Shown here: piece by piece, positions 28,175 through 37,696 of the stretch
How positions within the stretch are numbered: the stretch's first letter is position 1
Layout of the letters: the number at the start of each line of letters is the position of its first letter
Source of the DNA: a virus
Lineage: Duplodnaviria; Heunggongvirae; Uroviricota; Caudoviricetes
DNA length: 64,000 bases
Strand: one strand, 5' to 3'
IMG/VR virus record: IMGVR_UViG_2571042690_000019
Program-made: the position numbers and the translations under genes
Notes under the pieces: model-generated
Seen by the model: only the letters and a program-made list of their open reading frames with translations
The model's database searches: none
Told to the model about the DNA's origin: nothing

Positions 28175-29269
28175 TCACTCAATGATTTTTTCTGCTGTCA
28201 GCCAGCTAATTTCTTGCCTGTCTTTCGGCGGTTTTAGCATGTGGGCGTATTCAGCGACATTCTCCCACGAAATTGTTTTTGCCCACTCAACGATAGCATT
28301 GTGATCTGCAGTGAAGAGTGGAATGGTGTGCGATTTCAACCATTCTAATGTCGTGACGCCATGTTTTTTGGCGTGGTGCTGCGCATGATGCCGGGCTATC
28401 ACTCGTAATGGTATTGTCCATTCACTACCATCAGGCATCGAAAAGCGCATTGTCTTCGGCATATCTGATTCAAGAACAGCCTCCCTAATACCAGGGAACT
28501 CACCAAGAATCATACGACGATAGTCATCACTATTTCGCCCGCCATACCTTTCGGCAAAATGATCAAGATATTCTTGGGTAATAAATGGTGAATCCTCCGC
28601 ACTCAGCTTAATGGCTTTATATACACCACTCGGATTATCTTCAGCTAAAGCACGTCCATGATGTGAATCATAAAAAAAGCCTATTTCCTCTGGTGACGGA
28701 ATTGAAGTGAGCAATATGCGTGAATCACCACTAGTCATGCTTGCCCACACAATGCTGTATGCCTGATCGCTGATATGTGCGGAATCCACAATAATGAATA
28801 AAAGATGGTCGGCGTAGTGACCTGCAATGCTATCTTCATAGTTAAGGCGGAAGTTACAAAAGCACATTCCCCAAAATTCATTGAACATCAGACCGCTATC
28901 ACCGACCTTAAAATACTCAATGATAAAAGGTTGTTTTTTCAGCAATGCCTCCCAACATTGCCACACATATGCAACAATTCCTCTTTTGCAAACATTTGAT
29001 TTTGGATAAACAATTACTGTCCGGGAATCAGGATACATAATCGTATAAAGGGTACTAATAACAGCAAGCACTTGCGGTCGTCCGATCCCATACGGAGTGG
29101 TGACAGTAGCTTTTGCATTATTGGGCTGTATAGCTTCAACAATTTGTTGTTGCTGGTGGCTTAAATCAATATCAAACAATTCTTTTGCTGCCAGTACCCA
29201 ATTGTCTTTATATTTCTCCACCAGCGACAGCCAGCGCGGATCTTTATAAATATTGCTCTTAGTCGCCAT
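28175..29269 (-). CDS. terminase large-subunit (PacB) paralog with degenerate ATPase motifs
   Basis: Start moved to internal ATG (MATKSNIYKDPRW). Aligns with pacB at 34358..35866 but Walker A is PYGIGRP (vs GHGTGKS) and Walker B FIIVDSA (vs LILDEAS). Confidence 0.5.
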   Translation of the reverse strand: MATKSNIYKDPRWLSLVEKYKDNWVLAAKELFDIDLSHQQQQIVEAIQPNNAKATVTTPYGIGRPQVLAVISTLYTIMYPDSRTVIVYPKSNVCKRGIVAYVWQCWEALLKKQPFIIEYFKVGDSGLMFNEFWGMCFCNFRLNYEDSIAGHYADHLLFIIVDSAHISDQAYSIVWASMTSGDSRILLTSIPSPEEIGFFYDSHHGRALAEDNPSGVYKAIKLSAEDSPFITQEYLDHFAERYGGRNSDDYRRMILGEFPGIREAVLESDMPKTMRFSMPDGSEWTIPLRVIARHHAQHHAKKHGVTTLEWLKSHTIPLFTADHNAIVEWAKTISWENVAEYAHMLKPPKDRQEISWLTAEKIIE

Positions 29270-30026
29270 CTGCCACTTCCTTAACTTCTTCTTTGGCCTG
29301 TTCTGCAATCGCCGCACGGCATTTCGCCCTGGCTGTAGCGATTGCTTCAGCTCGCACATCGTCTGGAATCGTTGACGTGATATACATATCCAGTTCTTCG
29401 GCACGGAATACTGTTTGGTCCAGATATTCGCGTAGCATCCAGGTAAATTCGAAATCACACGCGATAATCTCTGCGCTACCTTCTGCACCATTTGGGAAAT
29501 GAATAAATGCCTGTTTAGCCAAACCGATAACACGACATGCGGTTGCCAAAACAGCGACAACCAGGTTTACATTTTCACACGCTACGGGCTGGTTAACGCC
29601 GGAGATTACTCCATTTAACTGTCGGTTATATGGAAGGTAGTTTGAGATGCGTTCTACGCGCCATGTGCCAGTCAGGCTGCCATTTTTAAATATAATTGGT
29701 GTAACGGATAGCCCAAGCTCGCGTATAAGTCGTTGCGCTATAGCAGGATCATTAAACAGGTCTAATGCTACACATTCGAAAGACTGCGCAAGGGCAAACA
29801 GTTCTTCCAGAGAGTAGTCTTTGCCCCTGGCGGTGATGTAACGACGAACGCCGCTGTCTGCATCACTCCATATAGCTACGCCATGCTCTTCATTCAGCTC
29901 TTCATTAAAGCCGAGATACGTCATGATAGTGCGTTCAATCGTGTCAAACGGCAGTGACATGTCGGCGTTAACAGCCACCAGCAGGCCATTACGCAAGCGG
30001 TATTGAATTGTTTTAGTGCTTTCCAT
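29259..30026 (-). CDS. hypothetical protein
   Basis: 255-aa ORF in the same minus-strand operon. Confidence 0.45.
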   Translation of the reverse strand: MESTKTIQYRLRNGLLVAVNADMSLPFDTIERTIMTYLGFNEELNEEHGVAIWSDADSGVRRYITARGKDYSLEELFALAQSFECVALDLFNDPAIAQRLIRELGLSVTPIIFKNGSLTGTWRVERISNYLPYNRQLNGVISGVNQPVACENVNLVVAVLATACRVIGLAKQAFIHFPNGAEGSAEIIACDFEFTWMLREYLDQTVFRAEELDMYITSTIPDDVRAEAIATARAKCRAAIAEQAKEEVKEVADGD

Positions 30027-30032
30027 GTCAAA

Positions 30033-30473
30033 TCACTCCACAACAAACCAGTCACAGGCCAGCAGGTCGCCAACTGAAGGCACCCACGGAACAACTACAC
30101 CTTGTGCATTTTTTAAGGCGAAATAAGCACCATACGGAACGAGGTCGCCGGGGAAATATCCCTTAATGGCTTCCATTCGTGCCGGGTACTGTCCTTCAGG
30201 AACCAGCCAGCAGAATTGGTTTTCGCCGTTCCACCCGCGTCGAGCAACTTTCTTGCCTTCCTTCAGCCACATCAGCGCGTCTGAAAAGTCGGCTGCTTCA
30301 AGGTCGATTTCTTCTTGCTGGGTGGTGATGCCACCAGCAGAAATAGTTACGCTCCCGGTAAGATTAATCATCACGCCGTTGTCATCCGTAATGATGACCG
30401 TGGTTCCATTTTTTTTGTGAGCTTTGTATTTGGGACGGAACTTAAAAAGCTCTTTCGTTGCCATGTTATTCAT
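30033..30473 (-). CDS. DUF2829-like (Tad2-like) protein with N-terminal extension
   Basis: 146 aa; DALMWLKEGKKVARRGWNGENQFCWLVPEG resembles the DUF2829 signature from memory; DUF2829 is the fold of the Thoeris anti-defense protein Tad2. Confidence 0.4.
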   Translation of the reverse strand: MNNMATKELFKFRPKYKAHKKNGTTVIITDDNGVMINLTGSVTISAGGITTQQEEIDLEAADFSDALMWLKEGKKVARRGWNGENQFCWLVPEGQYPARMEAIKGYFPGDLVPYGAYFALKNAQGVVVPWVPSVGDLLACDWFVVE

Positions 30474-30487
30474 AGTCTTTTCTCTGC

Positions 30488-30982
30488 TTATAACTTTTCG
30501 TACTGAAGCGGTGAACGCTTAATTTCAAAGTGGCCTTCCGATGTGCTACCAAAGCCACCAGCACCACGCTCCGTTTCGTTGAGTTCCTCAACCTCGACTA
30601 GTGAGACTTGTTCAACACGCTCAAAAATTCCTTGCATGACAGCCATTCCAGGCTTGAGACAAACGCCTTCCCCGCCTGGATCAGTAATCAGTTTTGCCAT
30701 GATTTCGCCGCGATAATCGGAGTCGATAATTCCTACGCAGTTAGCCAGGCGAGTATGTTTTTTGCAGCCCAATCCTGATCGCGGATAGAGTTTCAGACAC
30801 CAGCCGGGCGGGATCTCCATAGCCAGTCCGGTATACACCCACCAGCTTGAGGAAATTGCACCATTGCTATCGACGCATGGTTTTATTTCAACAGCCTCAA
30901 AATCCATCGCCGCCGATCCGGAGGTGGCATAAGCTGGAAGTTTTGCTGCCGGATGTAGGCGTTTCACTTTTACGTAAATCAT
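30488..30982 (-). CDS. dut: dUTP diphosphatase
   Basis: Trimeric dUTPase motifs: RSGLG, GIIDSDYRGE, RGAGGFGSTS. Confidence 0.8.
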   Translation of the reverse strand: MIYVKVKRLHPAAKLPAYATSGSAAMDFEAVEIKPCVDSNGAISSSWWVYTGLAMEIPPGWCLKLYPRSGLGCKKHTRLANCVGIIDSDYRGEIMAKLITDPGGEGVCLKPGMAVMQGIFERVEQVSLVEVEELNETERGAGGFGSTSEGHFEIKRSPLQYEKL

Positions 30983-31455
30983 TGTTTTTTAGCTCTCTGC
31001 GTGAAGGTGTAAACCCGACGTTTGATATGTGGAACGGTAGGAACAGGAAGACAGGAACTTTCAATAACTCCTTGCTCCTCCAGCGATCGCACCGCCCGCA
31101 AGAACTGCGACGTGTCGCCGCCAAACTGGCGGGCATAGGTGCTGCCGTTATGAAGTATTTGAGCTATTACCCGAGCTTTTGTCTGGCTGTCACGATATGC
31201 GAATAGCCGCACGGCCTCTTCTGGCGCAATCGCTAACTGATAGCCTTTCCCGGCACGGTGTCGAATGAATCCATGCGCCAGTAGGTTTTTGAGTTCGTTA
31301 CGAGTGCGAACAGATCCGTAACCCAGGAAGTGTGGATTGATAACGACTGGCTTAAACCATTCCGTAGGTGCTTTAGCTAATAGAGCTAACAGCTTCCCGG
31401 ATAATTCTGGATAGGAAGACGGGTAACAATTCAGAGATGGGTAATAAGTTTTCAC
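30979..31455 (-). CDS. hypothetical protein
   Basis: 158-aa ORF; start overlaps upstream stop. Confidence 0.4.
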   Translation of the reverse strand: MKTYYPSLNCYPSSYPELSGKLLALLAKAPTEWFKPVVINPHFLGYGSVRTRNELKNLLAHGFIRHRAGKGYQLAIAPEEAVRLFAYRDSQTKARVIAQILHNGSTYARQFGGDTSQFLRAVRSLEEQGVIESSCLPVPTVPHIKRRVYTFTQRAKKQ

Positions 31456-31796
31456 CGACGCCCCCTTGCAGGATATCGACCGGCATTAGTATCCGGTGCA
31501 ATAAAGCCGGTAGTGGGGCGAGTGAAAGCGAGATTAATCTTCTCGACCATAGTGCGATAATTTTCCTGATAGTGGGCCAGGAGTTTTTCGGCGGCAATGA
31601 TGGTTACTTTCCGGACGTAGCTTTCTGCTTCCTCCAGATTTCGCCAGTTTTTTTCGAGGGTAAACACAGGGACGGCCTCAAGCCCGGTCATGATGCCGAA
31701 CACAACGACAGCATGACTGTTCTTAACACCAGCGGCGAAGGTTACGGTGTAACCATCCACCTTGAAGCGTCTTGATTCCGTGATTTGACTCTGCAA
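31452..31796 (-). CDS. hypothetical protein (first gene after operator, downstream of cre)
   Basis: 114-aa ORF. Confidence 0.4.
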   Translation of the reverse strand: MQSQITESRRFKVDGYTVTFAAGVKNSHAVVVFGIMTGLEAVPVFTLEKNWRNLEEAESYVRKVTIIAAEKLLAHYQENYRTMVEKINLAFTRPTTGFIAPDTNAGRYPARGRR

Positions 31797-31850
31797 AGCA
31801 CCCTCCTAAATAGGCGAGGGTACTTTACAGCAAAGGCGTTAATCTAAAAA

Positions 31851-31870
31851 GATGTGTTAGAATTTTAATT
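31851..31870. promoter_or_regulatory. C1-operator-like site between cre and downstream operon
   Basis: gatgtgttagaattttaatt. Confidence 0.4.
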
Positions 31871-32898
31871 TACGAATCCATCAGGCGGCTATTAGCCCCC
31901 ACAGACACGCCGCCACGGCGAAGATACCGCATAAGTGTTTCCGGTTTCTTCCAGGTTCCTTCCTGCATGATCTCCACCATAGACACCTGCTTTTCAGCCA
32001 TATCAATAGCGGCCCCGACGCGTGCACTATGCCCAGTCCACGTCCGGTATCTTCCTTTGTTTGGCGTAGCATCTCTTTTATTCAGCAACACCCAGGCGTC
32101 GCTGAATATTTTCTCCATTGCAGGTGCAGTAAGGGGCGTTGTCGTAATCCTGGCCTTATTGCTACGGTGTATCGGCGGGAACAGCACCGCGTCAGGATGT
32201 TCACGAAGCCCGGAAACATCCAGCCAGTCATTCAGCACAGCAGTAGTGCGACGGGAAAGCACCTTATCAAGCCCGGCGGCGGTCGTTATTGTCTTCGTGT
32301 GTGAAATATGTAGCGTGACAGTGTCACCTGTTTGGTCCAGATCTCCTACACGAATACGCGAGATTTCCGACATACGCATCAGCGTATTGTATGCAACAAA
32401 GAGAAAAGCCCGGTTGCGCTGGTCCACCAGCCGTTCTGACCTGGACAGCAGGACGTCGAGCAGTTTCAGGTCGTCCCACCGCAACGGTATAGCCTGGCCT
32501 GTTCGCTCGCCTTTTTCCGTTGCCGCTTCACGCCGGATGCGCCGCATGGCCAGAGACACACTTTTATCGTCCGACAGCGGCGGGAGGCCACATTGCGAAA
32601 GCAGCATGTTAAGCATGGCATAGTGCTTATCAATGGTGGTCGAAGCCAGATCAGCATCATGCAGCTGAAGAAAATACTCGCGGGCCATCTCTGGTGAGAT
32701 CGGGAACCAGGCGAGCTGGCGAGCGTGACACCATCTCGCCCAGGAGTGAAACACTAACCGGAGATCGCGCAAAGTATTCGGCGCGTAAGCCCCCTGGTCA
32801 TTCATGAACCGCATAAAGTTTTCTGCGGCCTCCTGGTACTCTTTGCCAATGTTGCGCAGAAAACCACCGGAGCTGCCAGAGATAATTAATTTACTCAT
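31870..32898 (-). CDS. cre: Cre-like tyrosine recombinase
   Basis: 342 aa (P1 Cre is 343 from memory); aligns by eye along its length (WFPISPEMAREYF, AVSLAMRRIRRE, AYNTLMRMSEISRIRVGDL, GHSARVGAAIDMA, catalytic-Tyr region TLMRYLR). Confidence 0.8.
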   Translation of the reverse strand: MSKLIISGSSGGFLRNIGKEYQEAAENFMRFMNDQGAYAPNTLRDLRLVFHSWARWCHARQLAWFPISPEMAREYFLQLHDADLASTTIDKHYAMLNMLLSQCGLPPLSDDKSVSLAMRRIRREAATEKGERTGQAIPLRWDDLKLLDVLLSRSERLVDQRNRAFLFVAYNTLMRMSEISRIRVGDLDQTGDTVTLHISHTKTITTAAGLDKVLSRRTTAVLNDWLDVSGLREHPDAVLFPPIHRSNKARITTTPLTAPAMEKIFSDAWVLLNKRDATPNKGRYRTWTGHSARVGAAIDMAEKQVSMVEIMQEGTWKKPETLMRYLRRGGVSVGANSRLMDS

Positions 32899-33049
32899 GA
32901 AACTATTTAACCTCTATATACAGATGACGCTACGCGAAAAATATAAAAATGACAGGGTAGCTATAAGTTAATTTTCAAGATTCAAGCCTTTGATCCGAGG
33001 CACGTATTTTCAGTGATGTCAACACTGATCATCTACCCATGATTATAGC

Positions 33050-33083
33050 CTAACTTTAAATAATGCCAATTATTTAAAGTTAT
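33050..33083. other. lox-like recombination site (13-bp inverted arms, 8-bp asymmetric spacer)
   Basis: cTAACTTTAAATA-ATGCCAAT-TATTTAAAGTTAT; arms match at 12 of 13 positions; compare loxP ATAACTTCGTATA-GCATACAT-TATACGAAGTTAT; about 150 bp upstream of cre. Confidence 0.6.
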
Positions 33084-33180
33084 AAAATGCCGATTTTTTT
33101 TAATCCATCATAGATTGATGATGACCAGTAACACGTTGCCTTCATGGTCTTTAATTTGCGAAGTGTGGTTTCTACGGTTG

Positions 33181-33197
33181 GTTTTCTAAAATTGATG
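33181..33197. promoter_or_regulatory. C1-operator-like variant
   Basis: gttttctaaaattgatg, TTCTAAAA variant. Confidence 0.25.
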
Positions 33198-33259
33198 ACA
33201 AAAAATCACAGTTCGATCCTTTACTCACTCTGTTATTCGACATAAATTTGTCATAGTAA

Positions 33260-33280
33260 TTTTATGTTAGAAAACTAAAT
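33260..33280. promoter_or_regulatory. C1-operator-like site overlapping promoter of 33293 gene
   Basis: ttttatgttagaaaactaaat. Confidence 0.45.
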
Positions 33281-33292
33281 CGAGTAGGAATA

Positions 33293-34330
33293 ATGAGTAA
33301 GAAGTCGATCGAGAAAGAGTACAAACGGTTCCTGCAAACCGCTGAACGGTGGAAAGAGCTGGTGGTCGCAAACTCTGTTTTCCATGATACCAGTTATGCT
33401 GGCGAGGAATTCCGCCATGTTGCATTAACGCATGACCAAAACATATTAGAAGAAGCTGAAAAATGTCTTGCTGAATGGAAAGCCTTCGTTGACATGTGCC
33501 GCGATGCCGACGGCAAAGCGTCGAACATTGTTGAGTCTGTATATTCTCCGATCCCATTCATCATTGAGGACACCAATCAAAGCACGCATGTCGTTGTGCA
33601 AAGCGCTACAACAACACGTACATTTACACGTGAACAATTGCTAAAAAAATACGACAAAATCATAAAGAAAAGCCTTAAAAATAGGGTTTTTTCTCAAATC
33701 GTAGGTGATCTTGAAGAAGAACAGCGCTTCTTTGAAGCTGAGCCTGAAGGCGAGATCTACCGGGCGCGTAAAGAGGCATATACAGATGTTGTGCTGACAA
33801 CAAACATCGAAGGCAGCAATGCCCTTTCTCGCTTTAGAGTTGGCGCACATGGTGCATTGGTTTTCGCAAGACTACCGAAGACAACGATCCCCGTTGTCAA
33901 TAATGTTGGTGAACGCCGGAGCATTACAATTTATTCTGGCGTCGAATCGGTACCTTGCAGCCTTCTCGGCGATTTTAACTTATATCGTGTTCGTGACCTG
34001 GAAAAACACCAGCCAAGCTATGTTGCGAAGTCGTACATCTTAAGGAACATCGATATTCGCAATGAAAGCCTTAAGCAGAAATCCGCTAAGATGCTGGAGG
34101 ATGCCGATCCGGCTATTCGCCATATCATTGAGCGTAAGATACGTACATCACGTGAAGCAATGGCAAGGCTGGATAAAATGGATCTGGAATTGTTAGACGT
34201 AATGATGGCCTCTGGAGACGACCTGACCGGCATTAAACTGAATGAAGCTCGTAAAAAATACGGCAAAGCAATCGAAGAACGTTACGGATACACATTCCCC
34301 CAAACGCAGTACGCCGCGAAGCTCTGGTAA
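33293..34330 (+). CDS. hypothetical protein; candidate primary repressor (C1-like) by position only
   Basis: 345-aa ORF with an operator in its own promoter, divergent from cre/lox and convergent with pacB, as c1 is in P1. No sequence-level recognition. Confidence 0.3.
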   Translation: MSKKSIEKEYKRFLQTAERWKELVVANSVFHDTSYAGEEFRHVALTHDQNILEEAEKCLAEWKAFVDMCRDADGKASNIVESVYSPIPFIIEDTNQSTHVVVQSATTTRTFTREQLLKKYDKIIKKSLKNRVFSQIVGDLEEEQRFFEAEPEGEIYRARKEAYTDVVLTTNIEGSNALSRFRVGAHGALVFARLPKTTIPVVNNVGERRSITIYSGVESVPCSLLGDFNLYRVRDLEKHQPSYVAKSYILRNIDIRNESLKQKSAKMLEDADPAIRHIIERKIRTSREAMARLDKMDLELLDVMMASGDDLTGIKLNEARKKYGKAIEERYGYTFPQTQYAAKLW

Positions 34331-34357
34331 TCACAACCGGCCCCGCATCGCGGGGCT

Positions 34358-35866
34358 TTATATATCCAGATCCGGCATTTCGATATCCGCCAGAACCTGA
34401 TCTCGGAAAGTTGCCATTTCGGCACCAATATCTTCATTAGCAGGCACATAGTCCACCAGCATAGTGAAGCAGTAGGTATCCCATCGGTCAGGCGATTTGA
34501 TGTTTAGCTTTTGCCGCATGTGCTCTTTGCGCATCATCGCCATTTTCCCTTCTTCATTCAGTAAAAAGGGGATTTTTGACGCTTGCTCTGCCGTTTTAGG
34601 GTCACTGTCTATCCGCATACGCCCTGACTTTATGGCATCACGCGCCATAATGTTTGCGTAGGCACGCTGATTAACAAATCGCTCCCTGTCTTTGTTCGCA
34701 AACATGGGTTTTCCCCACCGAATACGTACCGGGTTCGCACCACGACGCACCAACTGCGCACACGTATCAGAACCAAAACCATCAGCATCAACCGCGATTG
34801 TTATATTCGGGTATTTTTCCGGCGTACATTCGTTATATATGAAGTCAGCAAAGGCCAATGGGTCCATAGTGCCAGGCATCTCCATTACCTTAAAGTTAAC
34901 AACGCGCCGCTTATCCCTGTGACCTGATACCTTGCAGATGTTGAGGACCGACTTATCTCGCCCATTACCAACGTCAGCCGTTGCCACCCATCCCCAGTTT
35001 TTCTCCAACAACACCTTGCGGCGAGCAGAGCGATCGCATTCATCACGACCAAGCAAATAGCCGTTAATTTCTCGTGGGAACTGACCAAGCACCTTGACCA
35101 TGTACTCAATAGAATCGCGCCCACCATATTCCAGAAGCTTCTCCTTGATGAATTGTGGTGTGACGAACGGTGATTCTTCCGAGTTAAGAACAATTGCTGT
35201 CCAGATCCCTTTCGGGTTGTCTGGGGTTTTTGCTCGAGAATGGTGCGAATCGTAGAAATAACCACTTGGCCTTGTTGGCTGGGATAGCATCAACATCCGG
35301 TTATCTTCTTCAGTAAGAGCACCGGTCATTACGCCGATCGCCTTATCAGATATACCAGATGCTTCATCCAGAATTAGAAGCAAATGTGCCGCGTGTTCCC
35401 CCGCCAGCGCTTCTTCGTTGCCGAGTCGATAACCTTTGCAGAGAACTTCCCAAATCCCCTTACGGGAGCGCTCATAAAACATGGTGTCAGAGAGGACAAA
35501 ATAGGTCTGCAACCACCCATGACGCTTAACTGCATTCGCCCAATACTGTTTAACGTATTTGAATACGCCTGTTTTTACCTGGCCTATCTTGTTAGCAACA
35601 ATGATGACACGGGCATCGGGGAACAGGATCATAAAAATCAACAGCAACATCGCGGTAAGGGACGACTTCCCCGTTCCGTGTCCGGACGTGACGGTCGTCC
35701 TACTCCCCGTTTCCTGCACTGACTGAATGATCTGCTGCTGCTGGTGGGAGGGGAACATCCCAAAAATATCGACTACAGCCTGGGTAAAGTTGTAGCGGTA
35801 TTTGATTACCATATCGCGCCAGCGTGGATCGCTGGTGACGCATTTAATCTTGCGCCCGCCAGCCAT
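34358..35866 (-). CDS. pacB: terminase large subunit
   Basis: 502 aa; Walker A GHGTGKSSL, Walker B LILDEASG; directly downstream of pacA. Confidence 0.7.
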   Translation of the reverse strand: MAGGRKIKCVTSDPRWRDMVIKYRYNFTQAVVDIFGMFPSHQQQQIIQSVQETGSRTTVTSGHGTGKSSLTAMLLLIFMILFPDARVIIVANKIGQVKTGVFKYVKQYWANAVKRHGWLQTYFVLSDTMFYERSRKGIWEVLCKGYRLGNEEALAGEHAAHLLLILDEASGISDKAIGVMTGALTEEDNRMLMLSQPTRPSGYFYDSHHSRAKTPDNPKGIWTAIVLNSEESPFVTPQFIKEKLLEYGGRDSIEYMVKVLGQFPREINGYLLGRDECDRSARRKVLLEKNWGWVATADVGNGRDKSVLNICKVSGHRDKRRVVNFKVMEMPGTMDPLAFADFIYNECTPEKYPNITIAVDADGFGSDTCAQLVRRGANPVRIRWGKPMFANKDRERFVNQRAYANIMARDAIKSGRMRIDSDPKTAEQASKIPFLLNEEGKMAMMRKEHMRQKLNIKSPDRWDTYCFTMLVDYVPANEDIGAEMATFRDQVLADIEMPDLDI

Positions 35867-37230
35867 TAATCATCCTCCGGCGGTTCTATCGCGATATCAT
35901 CATCTCCGGCGTCATACCCTGCATCAGATGCATCATAATCACCGTAAATTTCAGCCGTTGCCGAAGGGTCAATATCCAGCTCTTCGTCGTTGGCCTCGAA
36001 TTCTCCAGCTTTACGCTCGCCATTGCGGTCGTAATCTCCGCACCCCAATTCTTCAACAATGGTTGCCACATCCGCCCGGCGCTCTGCCAGCCATTGCGGA
36101 TGGTTAGCCTGAAGCGTTGCAAACTCCCTTGCCTCTTTGTCCAGCTGTTCATCATCAACATCATTGACGTCAGAAACAGGTGGTTCGAGAAGAGTGATAG
36201 CTTTCGCCGCGCGCGCCGCGAGGATAGCCGGGACGCTGACACCCTGGCGCTCGATGTATTCAGCAACACCGATATCATCCAGTTCCTCGCGCTCACGCAT
36301 ACGTATAGCGGCGGCGATAACTCTGGCTGCGCGTGCGTCAGCGCCAATGCGATATTCAATCTCTTTGCCACGCTGTTCGGCCTGTAGGCGTGCTAATTCG
36401 AGTTTTTCTCTGGCCTCAGCCTCTTTGAATGCTTGCTGGCGAGCGCTCTGACGAAGCTTTTCATCCCCCTGTCGCAGCTTTTGTTCGGACTGATATATAG
36501 CTGCCAACCTACTGATAAAATCATTCATGTAGTAGGCCGCGTCACTGATTAGACCGAGAAGGCGCTGCCCAGGGTGCATTCCTTCTGGCTCTTTATCGCC
36601 CAAGGCGTCTATTTCCGCCTGTAGACGTTCGGCCTCCTGATCAACAATGCTTTGATACTGAAGTGCGCGCTCTTGCGCCATTTGAATTGCTAACCGCAGG
36701 TGTTCTTCTGCGCCGTTCTTCATCATATCGCGAGCCACATTCGTAGTTGGCAATGTGGCACGCTGCACAGCACCGTCAGGGATCATTGCAGAAGATCCCT
36801 CAATTTTTGGGGCGTTTTTATCTTCTTCGGGGATCATTTTCGCCATTTTTTCGCGCAATGATCTCCTGACAGATTCTTTTATCTCATTGTTATTATTTGA
36901 ATTATTTTCATGATCCGAAGTTTTCTTTCTCGGCATACTTCGGAAAGAACCTGCGCCCTGCGAATTGTCAATTTCTGTAAATTTTGTTTTTTCTGCACCC
37001 TCTTCCAGCTTTTTTGTTGCTCTTCCCGCCCGTTTTTTTTCAGGTGATTTGGTGCTTTTTTTTGTTGTCTTTACCTGCGACCGCACCTCATTTTTTTTCA
37101 TATTGAGATGCTTTCTGGCTGTATTGAAGCTAAGGCCATGCTCCTCACAGTATTCCTTTACAGTGATCCCTTTTTCTTCACGCAACGCTATAAAGCGGGC
37201 GCGGTGCTCCTCCCAATTAACCAGACTCAT
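35866..37230 (-). CDS. pacA: terminase small subunit / pac-recognition protein
   Basis: 454 aa; N-terminal HTH-like region, long charged middle, acidic tail; position upstream of pacB; contains a GATC cluster. Confidence 0.55.
   Translation of the reverse strand: MSLVNWEEHRARFIALREEKGITVKEYCEEHGLSFNTARKHLNMKKNEVRSQVKTTKKSTKSPEKKRAGRATKKLEEGAEKTKFTEIDNSQGAGSFRSMPRKKTSDHENNSNNNNEIKESVRRSLREKMAKMIPEEDKNAPKIEGSSAMIPDGAVQRATLPTTNVARDMMKNGAEEHLRLAIQMAQERALQYQSIVDQEAERLQAEIDALGDKEPEGMHPGQRLLGLISDAAYYMNDFISRLAAIYQSEQKLRQGDEKLRQSARQQAFKEAEAREKLELARLQAEQRGKEIEYRIGADARAARVIAAAIRMREREELDDIGVAEYIERQGVSVPAILAARAAKAITLLEPPVSDVNDVDDEQLDKEAREFATLQANHPQWLAERRADVATIVEELGCGDYDRNGERKAGEFEANDEELDIDPSATAEIYGDYDASDAGYDAGDDDIAIEPPEDD
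36781..36915. other. candidate pac site (GATC-hexamer cluster inside pacA)
   Basis: Five GATC within 135 bp, each in a TGATC(C/T) hexamer on one strand or the other; P1 pac is a TGATC(A/G) hexamer cluster inside pacA, from memory. Confidence 0.25.
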
Positions 37231-37619
37231 AAAGCAACACCACGCTTTTTAACGGCGGCATTCCACAGCTTATTCGCCATGTCCACCAGCTCTCGTTGCT
37301 CTTTTCGCGCCTGTTCGACTGATTTCCTGCTACAGTTTTTAACCAGTAAACTGCCATATTCAGGGGTTCGCCCACGCACCTTGAACTGATATCCGTTCAG
37401 GCCATGCAACCAGTATTTTCGTGGGTAAACACGATCATCAAGCTCACAGATTGCCCTGCTTGAACGAACAAAATGACGAATGATGTTAGTTACACTTACT
37501 CGTGAAACATGGAGATGAGGGTATTTTTCTTTGGCGAGAGTGGTAATTTCAGTGACTGTCAGATAGCAGTCAGCCCTGATCATGATATCCGCAATTTCTG
37601 CGCTGCTGATTTGTTCCAT
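37227..37619 (-). CDS. putative late-promoter activator (Lpa-like), by position
   Basis: 130-aa ORF immediately upstream of pacA, coupled stop/start, operator-like site upstream. Confidence 0.3.
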   Translation of the reverse strand: MEQISSAEIADIMIRADCYLTVTEITTLAKEKYPHLHVSRVSVTNIIRHFVRSSRAICELDDRVYPRKYWLHGLNGYQFKVRGRTPEYGSLLVKNCSRKSVEQARKEQRELVDMANKLWNAAVKKRGVAL

Positions 37620-37696
37620 TAATCCCCCGGGCAGGAAATGACCGAGGGGATGATAATGAGAATGTTAAAACTGTATAGACTGGTAAAAAGATGATT

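Noticed and set aside
30478-30500. Single loxP-like arm tataacttttcgta between dut and the DUF2829 gene
   Set aside because: Only one arm, with no inverted partner at 8-bp spacing; probably chance.
33293-34330. Confident call of this gene as the c1 repressor
   Set aside because: Support is positional only (operator in its own promoter, divergent from cre/lox, convergent with pacB); it is 345 aa versus about 283 for P1 C1 and I cannot recall C1 sequence well enough to confirm, so it is kept as a low-confidence candidate.
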